From Chloroflexota bacterium (GTDB lineage Bacteria > Chloroflexota > Dehalococcoidia > DSTF01 > JACRBR01): a DNA stretch of 64,000 nt. The position numbers were made by a program, and so were the translations under genes. How positions within the stretch are numbered: position 1 is the stretch's first letter; each line of letters opens with the position of its first letter. Of the stretch, positions 55,983 to 64,000 are shown piece after piece. The stretch is from NCBI GenBank assembly GCA_028872875.1, contig JAGWOC010000002.1, positions 38,574-102,573 on the forward strand, written 5' to 3'. The notes under the pieces were generated by a model. It ran no database searches, was not told where the DNA came from, and worked only from the letters and a program-made list of their open reading frames with translations.

Positions 55983-56965
55983 GCTGCTTCCCCCTCGCAC
56001 AGGCGGAGCGCGAGCGCGACGATGCCCGCTTCCTGCGGCAGCGCCGCCTGCTCCAGCGCGCCCGCGTACGGCATCGGCACGTCGGCACCCGAGCAGCGCA
56101 GCACCGGCGCGTCGAGGTCATCGAACGCCAGCTCCTGGATCAGGGCAACGATCTCGCCGCCGAAGCCGCCGAACTTCCAGTCGTCCTCGATGACGATCGC
56201 GCGGTGCGTCTTCCGCACCGAGGCGATGATGCCGTCCACGTCGAGCGGGCGCAGCGTGCGCAGGTTCAGGACCTCCGCGTCGATGTCCTGCGCGGCGAGC
56301 TGCTGTGCCGCGCGGCGCGCCTGGTGCACGCTGCCCGAGTAGCCGATCAGCGTCAGGTCGGCGCCCGGGCGCATGACCTCGGCCCTGCCGAACGGCAGCC
56401 GGTAGATCTCCTCAGGCACCTCGCCCTTGGAGGCGTACAGGGCAGTGTGCTCGATGAAGATCACCGGGTTCTCATCCTCGAACGCCGTCGTGAGCAGCCC
56501 CTTCGCGTCGTACGGCGTCGCCGGCACGACGACCTTCAGCCCCGGCACGTGCGCGTACCAGCCTTCGAGGCTGTGTGAGTGCTGAGCGCCGAGCTGGCTG
56601 CCGGCGCCGCCTGCCATGCGGATGACCAGCGGCACCCGGATCTGCCCGTTCGACATGTAGTGCAGCTTCGAGGCGTTGTTGACGATCTGGTCGATGGCCA
56701 GCAGGCTGAAGTTGATCGTCATCAGCTCGACCATTGGCCGCAGGCCCGCCATCGCCGCGCCGATACCGGCGCCGACGACGACGGATTCGGCGATCGGCGT
56801 GTCCTTCACGCGCCGCTCGCCGAACTCATCCATAAAGCCCTTGGTGACGGCGTACGAGCCCCCATATGCGCCGATGTCCTCGCCCATGAGGAAGACGCGC
56901 TCGTCGTTGCGGAGCTGGTAGCGCATCGCCTGGCGGAGTGCCTCGCGGTACGTGATCTCAGGCAC
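55979..56965 (-). CDS. pdhB: Pyruvate dehydrogenase E1 beta
   Basis: GAYGGSYAVT, DTPIAES, NFSLLAIDQ and GAQHSHS motifs. Confidence 0.9.
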   Translation of the reverse strand: MPEITYREALRQAMRYQLRNDERVFLMGEDIGAYGGSYAVTKGFMDEFGERRVKDTPIAESVVVGAGIGAAMAGLRPMVELMTINFSLLAIDQIVNNASKLHYMSNGQIRVPLVIRMAGGAGSQLGAQHSHSLEGWYAHVPGLKVVVPATPYDAKGLLTTAFEDENPVIFIEHTALYASKGEVPEEIYRLPFGRAEVMRPGADLTLIGYSGSVHQARRAAQQLAAQDIDAEVLNLRTLRPLDVDGIIASVRKTHRAIVIEDDWKFGGFGGEIVALIQELAFDDLDAPVLRCSGADVPMPYAGALEQAALPQEAGIVALALRLCEGEAA

Positions 56966-58004
56966 GGCTGCCCTCCTCCGCCGATGGCGCGTCCACGTAC
57001 ACATCGCGCGTCAGGCTCTCGGTCGGTGGCGGCGGGCTCTGCTCCGCGAACTCCGCCGCCTCGCGCGCGATGTCGTCGACCTCCGCCTGCATGTCCGCGA
57101 CGCGCTCCTCCGTGAGGACGCCATCGGCAAGGAGCCGGCGCTTCAAGCTGGCGATCGGGTCCAATGTGCGCCAGCGGTCGACCTCGCCCTTGGTCCGGTA
57201 GAACTCCGGGTCGGCCATCGAGTGGCCGCGGAAGCGGTAGCAGATCGCCTCGAGGAACGCCGGTCCCTCGCCGGCGCGCACGCGCTTGGCGAGCCGCGCC
57301 GTCGCCTCGTACATCGCGAGCACGTCCATGCCATCGGCCTGCTCGGCGTGCATGCCGTAGGCCTCGGCGCGCTTGTACACCTCGACGAGCGCCGACACCC
57401 GCTGCACGGCCGTGCCCATCCCGTAGAAGTTGTTCTCGCAGATGAAGAGCACCGGCAGCTTCCACACCGCCGCGAGGTTGAGGGCCTCGTGAAACTCGCC
57501 CTCGTTCACCGCGCCGTCACCCAGGAAGTTGACCGCGATGCGGTCGCTCCCCTTGTACTGCTCGGCGAGGCCGAGGCCGCACGCCAGCGGCATGTGCCCT
57601 GCGACGATGGCATAGCCGCCAAGGAAGGACTTGCTGACGTCGAAGAGGTGCATCGAGCCGCCGCGGCCGCCCGTGACTCCTGTCTCCTTTCCGAACAGTT
57701 CCGCCATCACGCGCTTCGGGTCGACGCCGCGGGCGAGGGCGTGGCCGTGCTCGCGGTAGTGGCTGACGATGTAATCGTCCGGCCGGAGCGCCGCGATCGC
57801 GCCCGTCGCCACGGCCTCCTGGCCGATGTAGAGGTGCAGGAACCCGTGGATCTTCCCGCGCGCGTACATCTCCGCCGCCTTCTCTTCGAAGCGGCGGATC
57901 TCCATCATCGTGTGCAGCAGCGCGACGAGCTCGTCGCCAGTCATCCCCGCCCCGCCGTCGTGTCGCGTCAGTGTGCCGGTCTTGCCGTGTTGTCCCATGG
58001 TCAT
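56958..58004 (-). CDS. pdhA: Pyruvate dehydrogenase E1 alpha
   Basis: GFLHLYIGQEA, GRGGSMH, GDGAVNEGEFHE and FRGHSMADP motifs. Confidence 0.92.
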   Translation of the reverse strand: MTMGQHGKTGTLTRHDGGAGMTGDELVALLHTMMEIRRFEEKAAEMYARGKIHGFLHLYIGQEAVATGAIAALRPDDYIVSHYREHGHALARGVDPKRVMAELFGKETGVTGGRGGSMHLFDVSKSFLGGYAIVAGHMPLACGLGLAEQYKGSDRIAVNFLGDGAVNEGEFHEALNLAAVWKLPVLFICENNFYGMGTAVQRVSALVEVYKRAEAYGMHAEQADGMDVLAMYEATARLAKRVRAGEGPAFLEAICYRFRGHSMADPEFYRTKGEVDRWRTLDPIASLKRRLLADGVLTEERVADMQAEVDDIAREAAEFAEQSPPPPTESLTRDVYVDAPSAEEGSRA

Positions 58005-59392
58005 TCCGTCCAGAAGTGAATTGCTTCGCCATCGACGGCCATCGCCGCCTCTTTCACCGTTTCGCCGAGCGTCGGGTGGGCGGCGACGGTCCAGCCCAGC
58101 TCGCGCGGCGTCGCCTCAAGCGTCATCCCGAGCGACGCCTCCGCCAGCAGCTCCGTCACCATCGGCCCGACCATGTGGATGCCGAGCGTCTCTCCCGTCG
58201 CGGCGTCCGCGACGATCTTGATCAGGCCGTCGGTCTGGTTGATCGCCTTCGCCCGGCCGTTCGCCCGCACGGGAAACTTGCCCACCTTCAGTTCGTATCC
58301 CGCCTCGCGCGCCTGCCGCTCGCTGAGGCCAACGCTGCCGACTTCCGGCGCGCAGTACGTCGCGCGCGGCATGTGCTGGTAGTCCAGCGTTGGCGGCGTC
58401 CGTCCGGCGAGCCGCTCGACGACGGCCACGCCCTGCGCCGACGCTACGTGCGCGAGGTTCATGATCCCCGTGACATCGCCGATCGCGTACACGCCCTCCG
58501 CGGTCGTCATCAGCGCGCCGTCGGTCTTCACCCAGCCCCGCTCGACCTGCACGCCGATGCCGTCGAGTCCGAGCGTTTCGACGTTGCCGGTGAAGCCGAT
58601 CGAGACGAGCACGTGGTCCGCCTCCAATTGCTGCTCGCTTCCCTTTGCGCGGAAGCGCACGCTGGCACCGCCATCGCGCACGCTGGCGCCCTCGACCTTG
58701 GCCCCGGTGACGAACTTGATCCCCTGCTTCTTGAACGCGCGCTCGAGTTGCACGCTGATCTCTTCGTCCTCGAGCGGCAGCAGGTGGTCGAGCATCTCCA
58801 GGATCGTCACCTCCACGCCGTACGCGTGCCAGAACGTCGCGAACTCGACGCCGATCGGCCCGCCGCCGATGATCACGACGCGCTCCGGCCGCTCCCGCAA
58901 CGCCAGCGCCTCGCGGCTGCCGAAGACCGTCTTGCCGTCGGGCTCGAGCCCCGGCAAGGCGCGCGGGCGTGCGCCGGTGGCGATGATCACCGCCTTCGCG
59001 TCGACCGTCTCGTCGGTGCCGCGCACGCGGACCCGCGTCCGTGACGCGAACTCCGCGTCGCCGGCCACGGTCTCCACGCCGTTCTTCCCGAGCAGGAACT
59101 CGACGCCCTTCACCATCTGGTCGACGACCAGGCGGCTGCGGTCGATCGCGCTTCCCATGTCGACCCGCAGATTGTCGAAGGAGATGCCGTACGTTGCCGC
59201 GTCCCGCACGAGGTTCACGACTTCGGCGTTCCAGAGCATCGCCTTGCTGGGGATGCAGCCCCAGTTCAGGCAGGTCCCGCCGACCCGCTCCCGCTCGACG
59301 AGCGCAACGTTCATGCCGAGCTGCGCCGCCCTGATCGCTGCCACGTAGCCGCCCGGCCCGCCGCCGATGATCGCCAGATCGTACTCAGCCAC
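58001..59392 (-). CDS. lpdA: Dihydrolipoamide dehydrogenase
   Basis: GGGPGGY, GGTCLNWGCIPSK and HPTLGE motifs. Confidence 0.97.
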   Translation of the reverse strand: MAEYDLAIIGGGPGGYVAAIRAAQLGMNVALVERERVGGTCLNWGCIPSKAMLWNAEVVNLVRDAATYGISFDNLRVDMGSAIDRSRLVVDQMVKGVEFLLGKNGVETVAGDAEFASRTRVRVRGTDETVDAKAVIIATGARPRALPGLEPDGKTVFGSREALALRERPERVVIIGGGPIGVEFATFWHAYGVEVTILEMLDHLLPLEDEEISVQLERAFKKQGIKFVTGAKVEGASVRDGGASVRFRAKGSEQQLEADHVLVSIGFTGNVETLGLDGIGVQVERGWVKTDGALMTTAEGVYAIGDVTGIMNLAHVASAQGVAVVERLAGRTPPTLDYQHMPRATYCAPEVGSVGLSERQAREAGYELKVGKFPVRANGRAKAINQTDGLIKIVADAATGETLGIHMVGPMVTELLAEASLGMTLEATPRELGWTVAAHPTLGETVKEAAMAVDGEAIHFWTE

Positions 59393-60302
59393 CGGTCACG
59401 TCTCCCGGCGGGACCGCCGCCACGCCGCGTGCGCGGTCCACCCCCGTCTGCTTCTCGGCGTGGTAGGACGACCGCACGAGGGGCCCGGCCTCGACGTGCG
59501 TAAAGCCCAGCTCCTCGCCGTATTCGCGGAACACGCGGTACTCCGCGGGCTCGTAGTACCGCTCGACGGGCAGGTGCCGCATCGTCGGCCGCAGGTACTG
59601 CCCGACGGTGAGGATGTCGCAGCCGTGCGCGCGCAGGTCGCGCATCACGCCGAACAGCTCCTCGCGGGACTCTCCGAGGCCCACCATGAAGCCGGACTTC
59701 GTGAGCATGTCCGGGGCTGCCTCCTTCGCGCGGCGAATGAGCTCGAGCGAGCGCGTGTAGATCGCCTGCGGTCGCACGCGCCGATAGAGGCGCGGCACCG
59801 TCTCGACGTTGTGGTTGAGCACGAACGGCCGCGCCGCGACCACCTGGGCGAGGGCGTCCCAGTTCCCCTTGAAGTCCGGGATCAGCACCTCCACCCGGAC
59901 ATCTGGTCCGTTGCGCCGGATCGCCTTGATGCACGCGGCGAATGCCTCGGCGCCGCCGCTCGCGACGTCATCGCGGTTCACGGAGGTGATCACCACGTAG
60001 TCGAGACCGAGCGCCCGCACCGCCTGCGCCACGCGATAGGGCTCCAGCGGGTCGATGGCGCCGGGGCGCCCGGTGGTGACCGCGCAGAACCCGCACGAGC
60101 GTGTGCACACGTCGCCAAGGATCATGAAGGTCGCCGTGCCGGCGTTCCAGCACTCGCCGGCATTGGGGCAGTGGGCCTCCTCGCAGACGGTGTGCAGGGA
60201 TTGTTCGCGCATCAACGCCTTCACGCGTTGGTAGCGCTCGCCGCCGGGGAAACGCACCTTCAGCCATTCGGGCTTGCGCGCGGGTCTCGTCTCAGCGACC
60301 AA
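59385..60302 (-). CDS. lipA: Lipoyl synthase
   Basis: CEEAHCPNAGEC, CTRSCGFC and RSSYHA motifs. Confidence 0.97.
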   Translation of the reverse strand: MVAETRPARKPEWLKVRFPGGERYQRVKALMREQSLHTVCEEAHCPNAGECWNAGTATFMILGDVCTRSCGFCAVTTGRPGAIDPLEPYRVAQAVRALGLDYVVITSVNRDDVASGGAEAFAACIKAIRRNGPDVRVEVLIPDFKGNWDALAQVVAARPFVLNHNVETVPRLYRRVRPQAIYTRSLELIRRAKEAAPDMLTKSGFMVGLGESREELFGVMRDLRAHGCDILTVGQYLRPTMRHLPVERYYEPAEYRVFREYGEELGFTHVEAGPLVRSSYHAEKQTGVDRARGVAAVPPGDVTGG

Positions 60303-61008
60303 CTGCCGCCTCCATCAGTGCTTCCTCGTGCAGCTCCAAGCCGAACTGCCTCCCGAACGCGGCGATCACCTCGGCCTCGACCGCAGGCACGTCGAAGTCC
60401 GCTCCCGCGAGCTGACGCATCGACGTTACGCCGGCGTCGGCGATGCCGCAGGGGATGATGTGCGCGAAGTACGAGAGGTCCGTGTTGACGTTCAGCGCGA
60501 AGCCGTGCGTCGTCACGCCCCGTGACACGCGGACGCCGATGGCGGCGATCTTCTCCTGCCGCACCCAGACGCCAGGGCGGCCCGGCGCCCGGCCCGCGAC
60601 GATGCCAAATCGCGCCAGCGTCTCGATGAGCACAGCTTCGAGCGAACGCACATACCAGACCGGACCGCTGCCGAATCGCCGGAGGTCGAGGATGGGGTAC
60701 GCGACGAGCTGCCCGGGGCCGTGGAAGGTAACGTCGCCGCCGCGGTCCGTTTCGACGACCTGCGCGCCGCGCCTCGCGAAGGCCTCGCGGCTGAGCAGCA
60801 GATGCTCGCCTTTGCCGCGGACGCCGAGGGTGTAGGTCGGTGGATGCTCAACGAGGATCAGCGCCGGGTCGCCACCCGCGCGCACCCCGTCTGCGATGCG
60901 CTGCTGCATCTGCCAGGCGCGCTGGTAGTCGACAAGCCCGGGCCGGAGGAGGGTGCAGCGGGATCCCAAAGCGGCCGTTCTTTCCGGTGCGCGCGCCGCG
61001 GCGCTCAC
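60292..61008 (-). CDS. lipB: Octanoyltransferase
   Basis: EHPPTYTLG, DRGGDVTFHGPGQ, KIAAIG, HGFALN and IPCG; TGCTATGCT extended -10 6 nt before GTG. Confidence 0.95.
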   Translation of the reverse strand: MSAAARAPERTAALGSRCTLLRPGLVDYQRAWQMQQRIADGVRAGGDPALILVEHPPTYTLGVRGKGEHLLLSREAFARRGAQVVETDRGGDVTFHGPGQLVAYPILDLRRFGSGPVWYVRSLEAVLIETLARFGIVAGRAPGRPGVWVRQEKIAAIGVRVSRGVTTHGFALNVNTDLSYFAHIIPCGIADAGVTSMRQLAGADFDVPAVEAEVIAAFGRQFGLELHEEALMEAAVGR

Positions 61009-61285
61009 CTCTTGAGCATAGCACAGCGGTCAGAAAGTCAATCGGATCGAGTATCGGCGGTGCGCTGGCACCATGCAGCGGGAGAACCCTGACGGGATTT
61101 CCGAAGCCGGGCCAGGGCGAGGGGCTGTCCGGCCGGAGTGTGGCGGGCCAGAGCGCCGCTGGCGTCCCGCCCGCCGGGCCCCAGGGGGCGTCGCGGCGCT
61201 CACCGCGCTACGTCGCCTGTGCGGGACGCGACGAGGCCCGGACGGCAAGTCCGGGCCCCGTTCTCGGTCCACCGTGTGGGCGACG

Positions 61286-61828
61286 TTAGTCGTGCATCTC
61301 TCGCGCGTGCACATCCATGCTGCGGTCGGAGCGGTGCTGCTCGGCCGGCTCGGCGATCTCGTGGTCGGGCGCTTCGCACGTCACCGTGGCGGTGGGCGCC
61401 GTGGCCGGCGTCGCCGTTGCCGTTGGCACCGCGGTCATGGTCGCGTCGTCGGCATCCGGGTGGTCCATCTCGGGGTGGTCGATCTCCGGGTGGTCGATCT
61501 CGAGATCGCAGTTCTCGTCGAGATCGGGGCCTTCGGCGGCCTGCGTCGGCCCGGCCGTCAGTGTAGCGACCGCCGTCGATGTGGCCGTCGGTGCGGGCGT
61601 GTTCGTTGCGACGGCGGTGCTCGTCGCGGTGGTCGTTGAGGTCGCTGTCCCCGTGGCAGTCGCGGTGTTGACGACCGGTGCGGGCACGGTGCTCGTCGCG
61701 GTCGCCGTCGATGTTGCTGTCGCGGTTGCGGACTGTGGGGACGCCCCGCCCTGCGAGGCGAACGCTCCGGCTGCGGCCAGGCTCAGGAGTCCTATCGCCA
61801 GGGCGCCGCCGATGATCTTCTGTCGCAT
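61286..61828 (-). CDS. Secreted Thr/Ala-rich protein with His/acidic repeats
   Basis: AAGGAGGG SD; signal peptide; EIDHPEIDHPEMDHPD repeat. Confidence 0.75.
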   Translation of the reverse strand: MRQKIIGGALAIGLLSLAAAGAFASQGGASPQSATATATSTATATSTVPAPVVNTATATGTATSTTTATSTAVATNTPAPTATSTAVATLTAGPTQAAEGPDLDENCDLEIDHPEIDHPEMDHPDADDATMTAVPTATATPATAPTATVTCEAPDHEIAEPAEQHRSDRSMDVHAREMHD

Positions 61829-62031
61829 ACTCCACCCTCCTTAGCGGGGTCGTGATCCTTGCGTGTGCGGCCGGTCCTTCCGCGTTGCCTAACGGACGCG
61901 GCCGGAGAAAGGTGACGGGCTCCTGGCGGGAAAATGCCCTCACGGCACGGCCGGGAGCGATGGTCGGCGCCCGCTACCGGTCCGGGAGAAGCCCGGCCGC
62001 TCGTTGGCGCAAGCCGCGGGAGGACGTCTCC

Positions 62032-62562
62032 TCAGCCCTCGTCCTCGTCCGGCTCTTCTGTGGGAATGGCCTGATCCGAATGTCCGTTCGACCTGACGCA
62101 GGCGTGCCCTGCAGCCTCGATCGGCGCGCCGCAGAGGGGGCAGACGGGGCGCCCGCCGGCGATGATCTCGTCGAGCTGCGCGCCCAGCGCCGCCGATTGG
62201 GCGGGCGTCAGCCGCGCGCGGAGCGCCGGCTCGTCGCCATCCTCGACGCCTATCTCGTACAGGTACAGCACGACGGTGCTGTCGTGCGGGTCATAGCCCA
62301 TCCCCATGCGGCCGATGCGGAAGTCGTGTTCGGCGACCACCGGGAATCCTTCGATCTCGCCGGGGCGCTCCTCACCCGCATACTCGAGTTGGGCCAGCAT
62401 CTGCTTCAGCGCCAGGCTGAGCGCCTGCATCTGCTCCTTTTCCATCCACAGCGAGGCGGACTGTCCCGCTTCACCCACCAGGCGGAGGCGAAACGTACGC
62501 TGCCCCGGTTGGCCGAACGCCTGTGCGTCGACGCCGGACGCGAGACCGAACTCGACCGTCAT
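62032..62562 (-). CDS. DUF3090-like protein
   Basis: AFGQPGQRTFRL, LWMEKEQ, FRIGRM and GGRPVCPLCG...HAC. Confidence 0.75.
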   Translation of the reverse strand: MTVEFGLASGVDAQAFGQPGQRTFRLRLVGEAGQSASLWMEKEQMQALSLALKQMLAQLEYAGEERPGEIEGFPVVAEHDFRIGRMGMGYDPHDSTVVLYLYEIGVEDGDEPALRARLTPAQSAALGAQLDEIIAGGRPVCPLCGAPIEAAGHACVRSNGHSDQAIPTEEPDEDEG

Positions 62563-62843
62563 GAGGGGGCTCCCTGCCTGATCCGCACATCCTGCAACAC
62601 GCGTTGTAGCGGCGCGCGGGTACAGGATCATGGCTGCCCTGCCGGCGGTCAAGCGCGGTGCCACATCTCCCGCGCATCCGACGCGGCTCGCCCGGCGAGA
62701 CCACCCGGCCCGGGACGCATGCCAGCCGCGAATCCGCCCCCTGCGCTCTCAAGACAGTCCGTTCGGCCCGGCCGAAGCTGCGTGAACGGTTGGTACGATG
62801 AAGGTGTCGGTGTGACGACAATATGTCCCGGGGAGTCGTATTG

Positions 62844-64000
62844 ATGGCACAGATCCACGACCGTCCGAGCGTCGACCGCAAGGCGCGGCTCACGATCCCC
62901 GCGCAGACGATCCGCAAGCAGGACCCCAGCGTCCGTGTGCTGAACTGGCGCGAGGTCTACCTTCCGCTCGACATCGAGATGGCAAAGGTCGAGGCCGAGC
63001 GCTGCATCCAGTGCCCGGCCGCGCCGTGCCAGGTCGCCTGCCCGGCCGGCAACGACATCCCCGCCGCGCTCTGGAAGCTCGAGCACGGCGACCCCGTCGG
63101 AGCGGCGGACGTCTTTCACGAGACCAGCAACCTCCCGGAGATGTGCGGCCGTCTCTGCCCGCAGGAGCGCCTGTGCGAGGGCCACTGCGTCGTCGGCAAG
63201 CACGCGAAGCCGGTCGCGATCGGCCGGCTGGAGGCCTTCGTCGCGGACTGGCAGCGTGTCCACGCGCCGGCCGCGGCGCCGGCGCCGCCGCCGACGGGCA
63301 AGCGCGTCGCGGTGGTGGGTGCTGGCCCGGCCGGACTGGTGGTCGCGGAGGAGCTGGCGAAACTTGGCCACGCCATCACGGTGTTCGACGCCTGGCCGTC
63401 TCCCGGCGGCGTGCTCCGCTACGGTATCCCGTCGTTCAAGCTCGAGAAGCGCGTGCTGGACGAGCGGCTTGCGGAGCTCCGCCGCCTGCCGATCCGCTTC
63501 ATCGGCGACACCAGCATCGGCACCCGTGGCGGGAAGACGGTCGACGACCTGCTCGCCGAGGGCTACGACGCCGTCTTCCTGGGCCATGGCGCCGGCGTCG
63601 GCAACGAGCTCCAGATCGAAGGCGTGGGACTGGCCGGGATCATGCAGGCGACGGAGTTTCTCTCGCGCGCGAACGTGGCCCCGCAGGACCTGCCGCCGCG
63701 CATGCGTACTCCCCTGCAGCCCGGCCGGCGGACCGTCATCATCGGCGGCGGCGACACGTCGATGGACTGCGCGCGGACGGCCGTCCGCCTGGGCGCAGAG
63801 GAAGTCTCGCTCGTCTACCGGCGCACCGGACAGGAGATGGTCGGCCGGGAGGAAGAGCGCAAGCACGCGCGCGAAGAAGGCGTGCGCTTCGAGTTCCTCG
63901 CGGCGCCCGTGCGCTTCCTGGGCGACGACGCAGGCCACGTCCGCGCCGTCCGGTTCGAGCGCATGGAGCTGGGCCCACCCGACGAGAGCGGCCGCCGCCG
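62844..64000 (+). CDS. GltD/SudA/NfnB-like NAD(P)-dependent Fe-S flavoprotein, runs off the window
   Basis: Not in the ORF track. Manual translation: EAERCIQC..PCQVACP, CGRLCPQERLCEGHC, VVGAGPAG, RYGIP, IGGGDTSMDCAR, YRR. Confidence 0.92.
   Translation, partial: MAQIHDRPSVDRKARLTIPAQTIRKQDPSVRVLNWREVYLPLDIEMAKVEAERCIQCPAAPCQVACPAGNDIPAALWKLEHGDPVGAADVFHETSNLPEMCGRLCPQERLCEGHCVVGKHAKPVAIGRLEAFVADWQRVHAPAAAPAPPPTGKRVAVVGAGPAGLVVAEELAKLGHAITVFDAWPSPGGVLRYGIPSFKLEKRVLDERLAELRRLPIRFIGDTSIGTRGGKTVDDLLAEGYDAVFLGHGAGVGNELQIEGVGLAGIMQATEFLSRANVAPQDLPPRMRTPLQPGRRTVIIGGGDTSMDCARTAVRLGAEEVSLVYRRTGQEMVGREEERKHAREEGVRFEFLAAPVRFLGDDAGHVRAVRFERMELGPPDESGRR

Noticed and set aside
22657-56766. GCCGATAC copies near 22657 (minus), 23284 and 56759
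   Set aside because: They lie inside coding regions and are consistent with the chance background.
397-63978. Many long alternative-frame and antisense ORFs in the track (e.g. 1600..3135, 5274..7187, 9708..11585, 44828..47497, 49697..52354)
   Set aside because: Arg/Ala/Pro-rich shadow ORFs expected in high-GC DNA; they overlap well-supported genes and carry no motifs.
1-64000. CRISPR arrays, IS elements, prophage genes, rRNA
   Set aside because: No regularly spaced 25-45 nt repeats, transposase, integrase, phage or rRNA signatures were seen.

Overview
High-GC (about 70% by eye) bacterial chromosome segment, most likely Chloroflexota (Dehalococcoidia/Tepidiformales-like; inferred from gene content, not proven). 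It is mostly housekeeping and metabolic: hisA, folP, an icd-mdh-split fumarase TCA operon, guaA-purD-purE-purB-purC, tsaC, a polyprenyl synthase, pgk, rplY, two complete 2-oxoacid dehydrogenase E1/E2 sets with lpdA-lipA-lipB, tRNA-Phe, a trehalose synthase/phosphatase fusion and a GH15 hydrolase. I found no integrase, transposase, rRNA or CRISPR array. The standout is a compact second-messenger locus at about 16.4-21.6 kb. A c-di-GMP-I riboswitch, with a visible anti-P1/anti-SD switch, sits upstream of a FliA/WhiG-type sigma factor. Sigma28-like T-N3-N15-GCCGATAC boxes lie in front of the neighbouring membrane HD-GYP phosphodiesterase, a degenerate GGDEF protein and two TetR genes. Embedded in the locus is an unannotated mini-gene with its own promoter, operator-like palindrome, SD and terminator, encoding the 8-aa peptide MVQRATWG. 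Also notable are a c-di-AMP riboswitch with a terminator upstream of otsAB, a coupled operon of two paralogous membrane proteins around a 2x[4Fe-4S] ferredoxin, and an LsrK-like kinase/aldolase cluster with an atypical dehydrogenase. All family assignments come from motif recognition by eye; no database searches were run.
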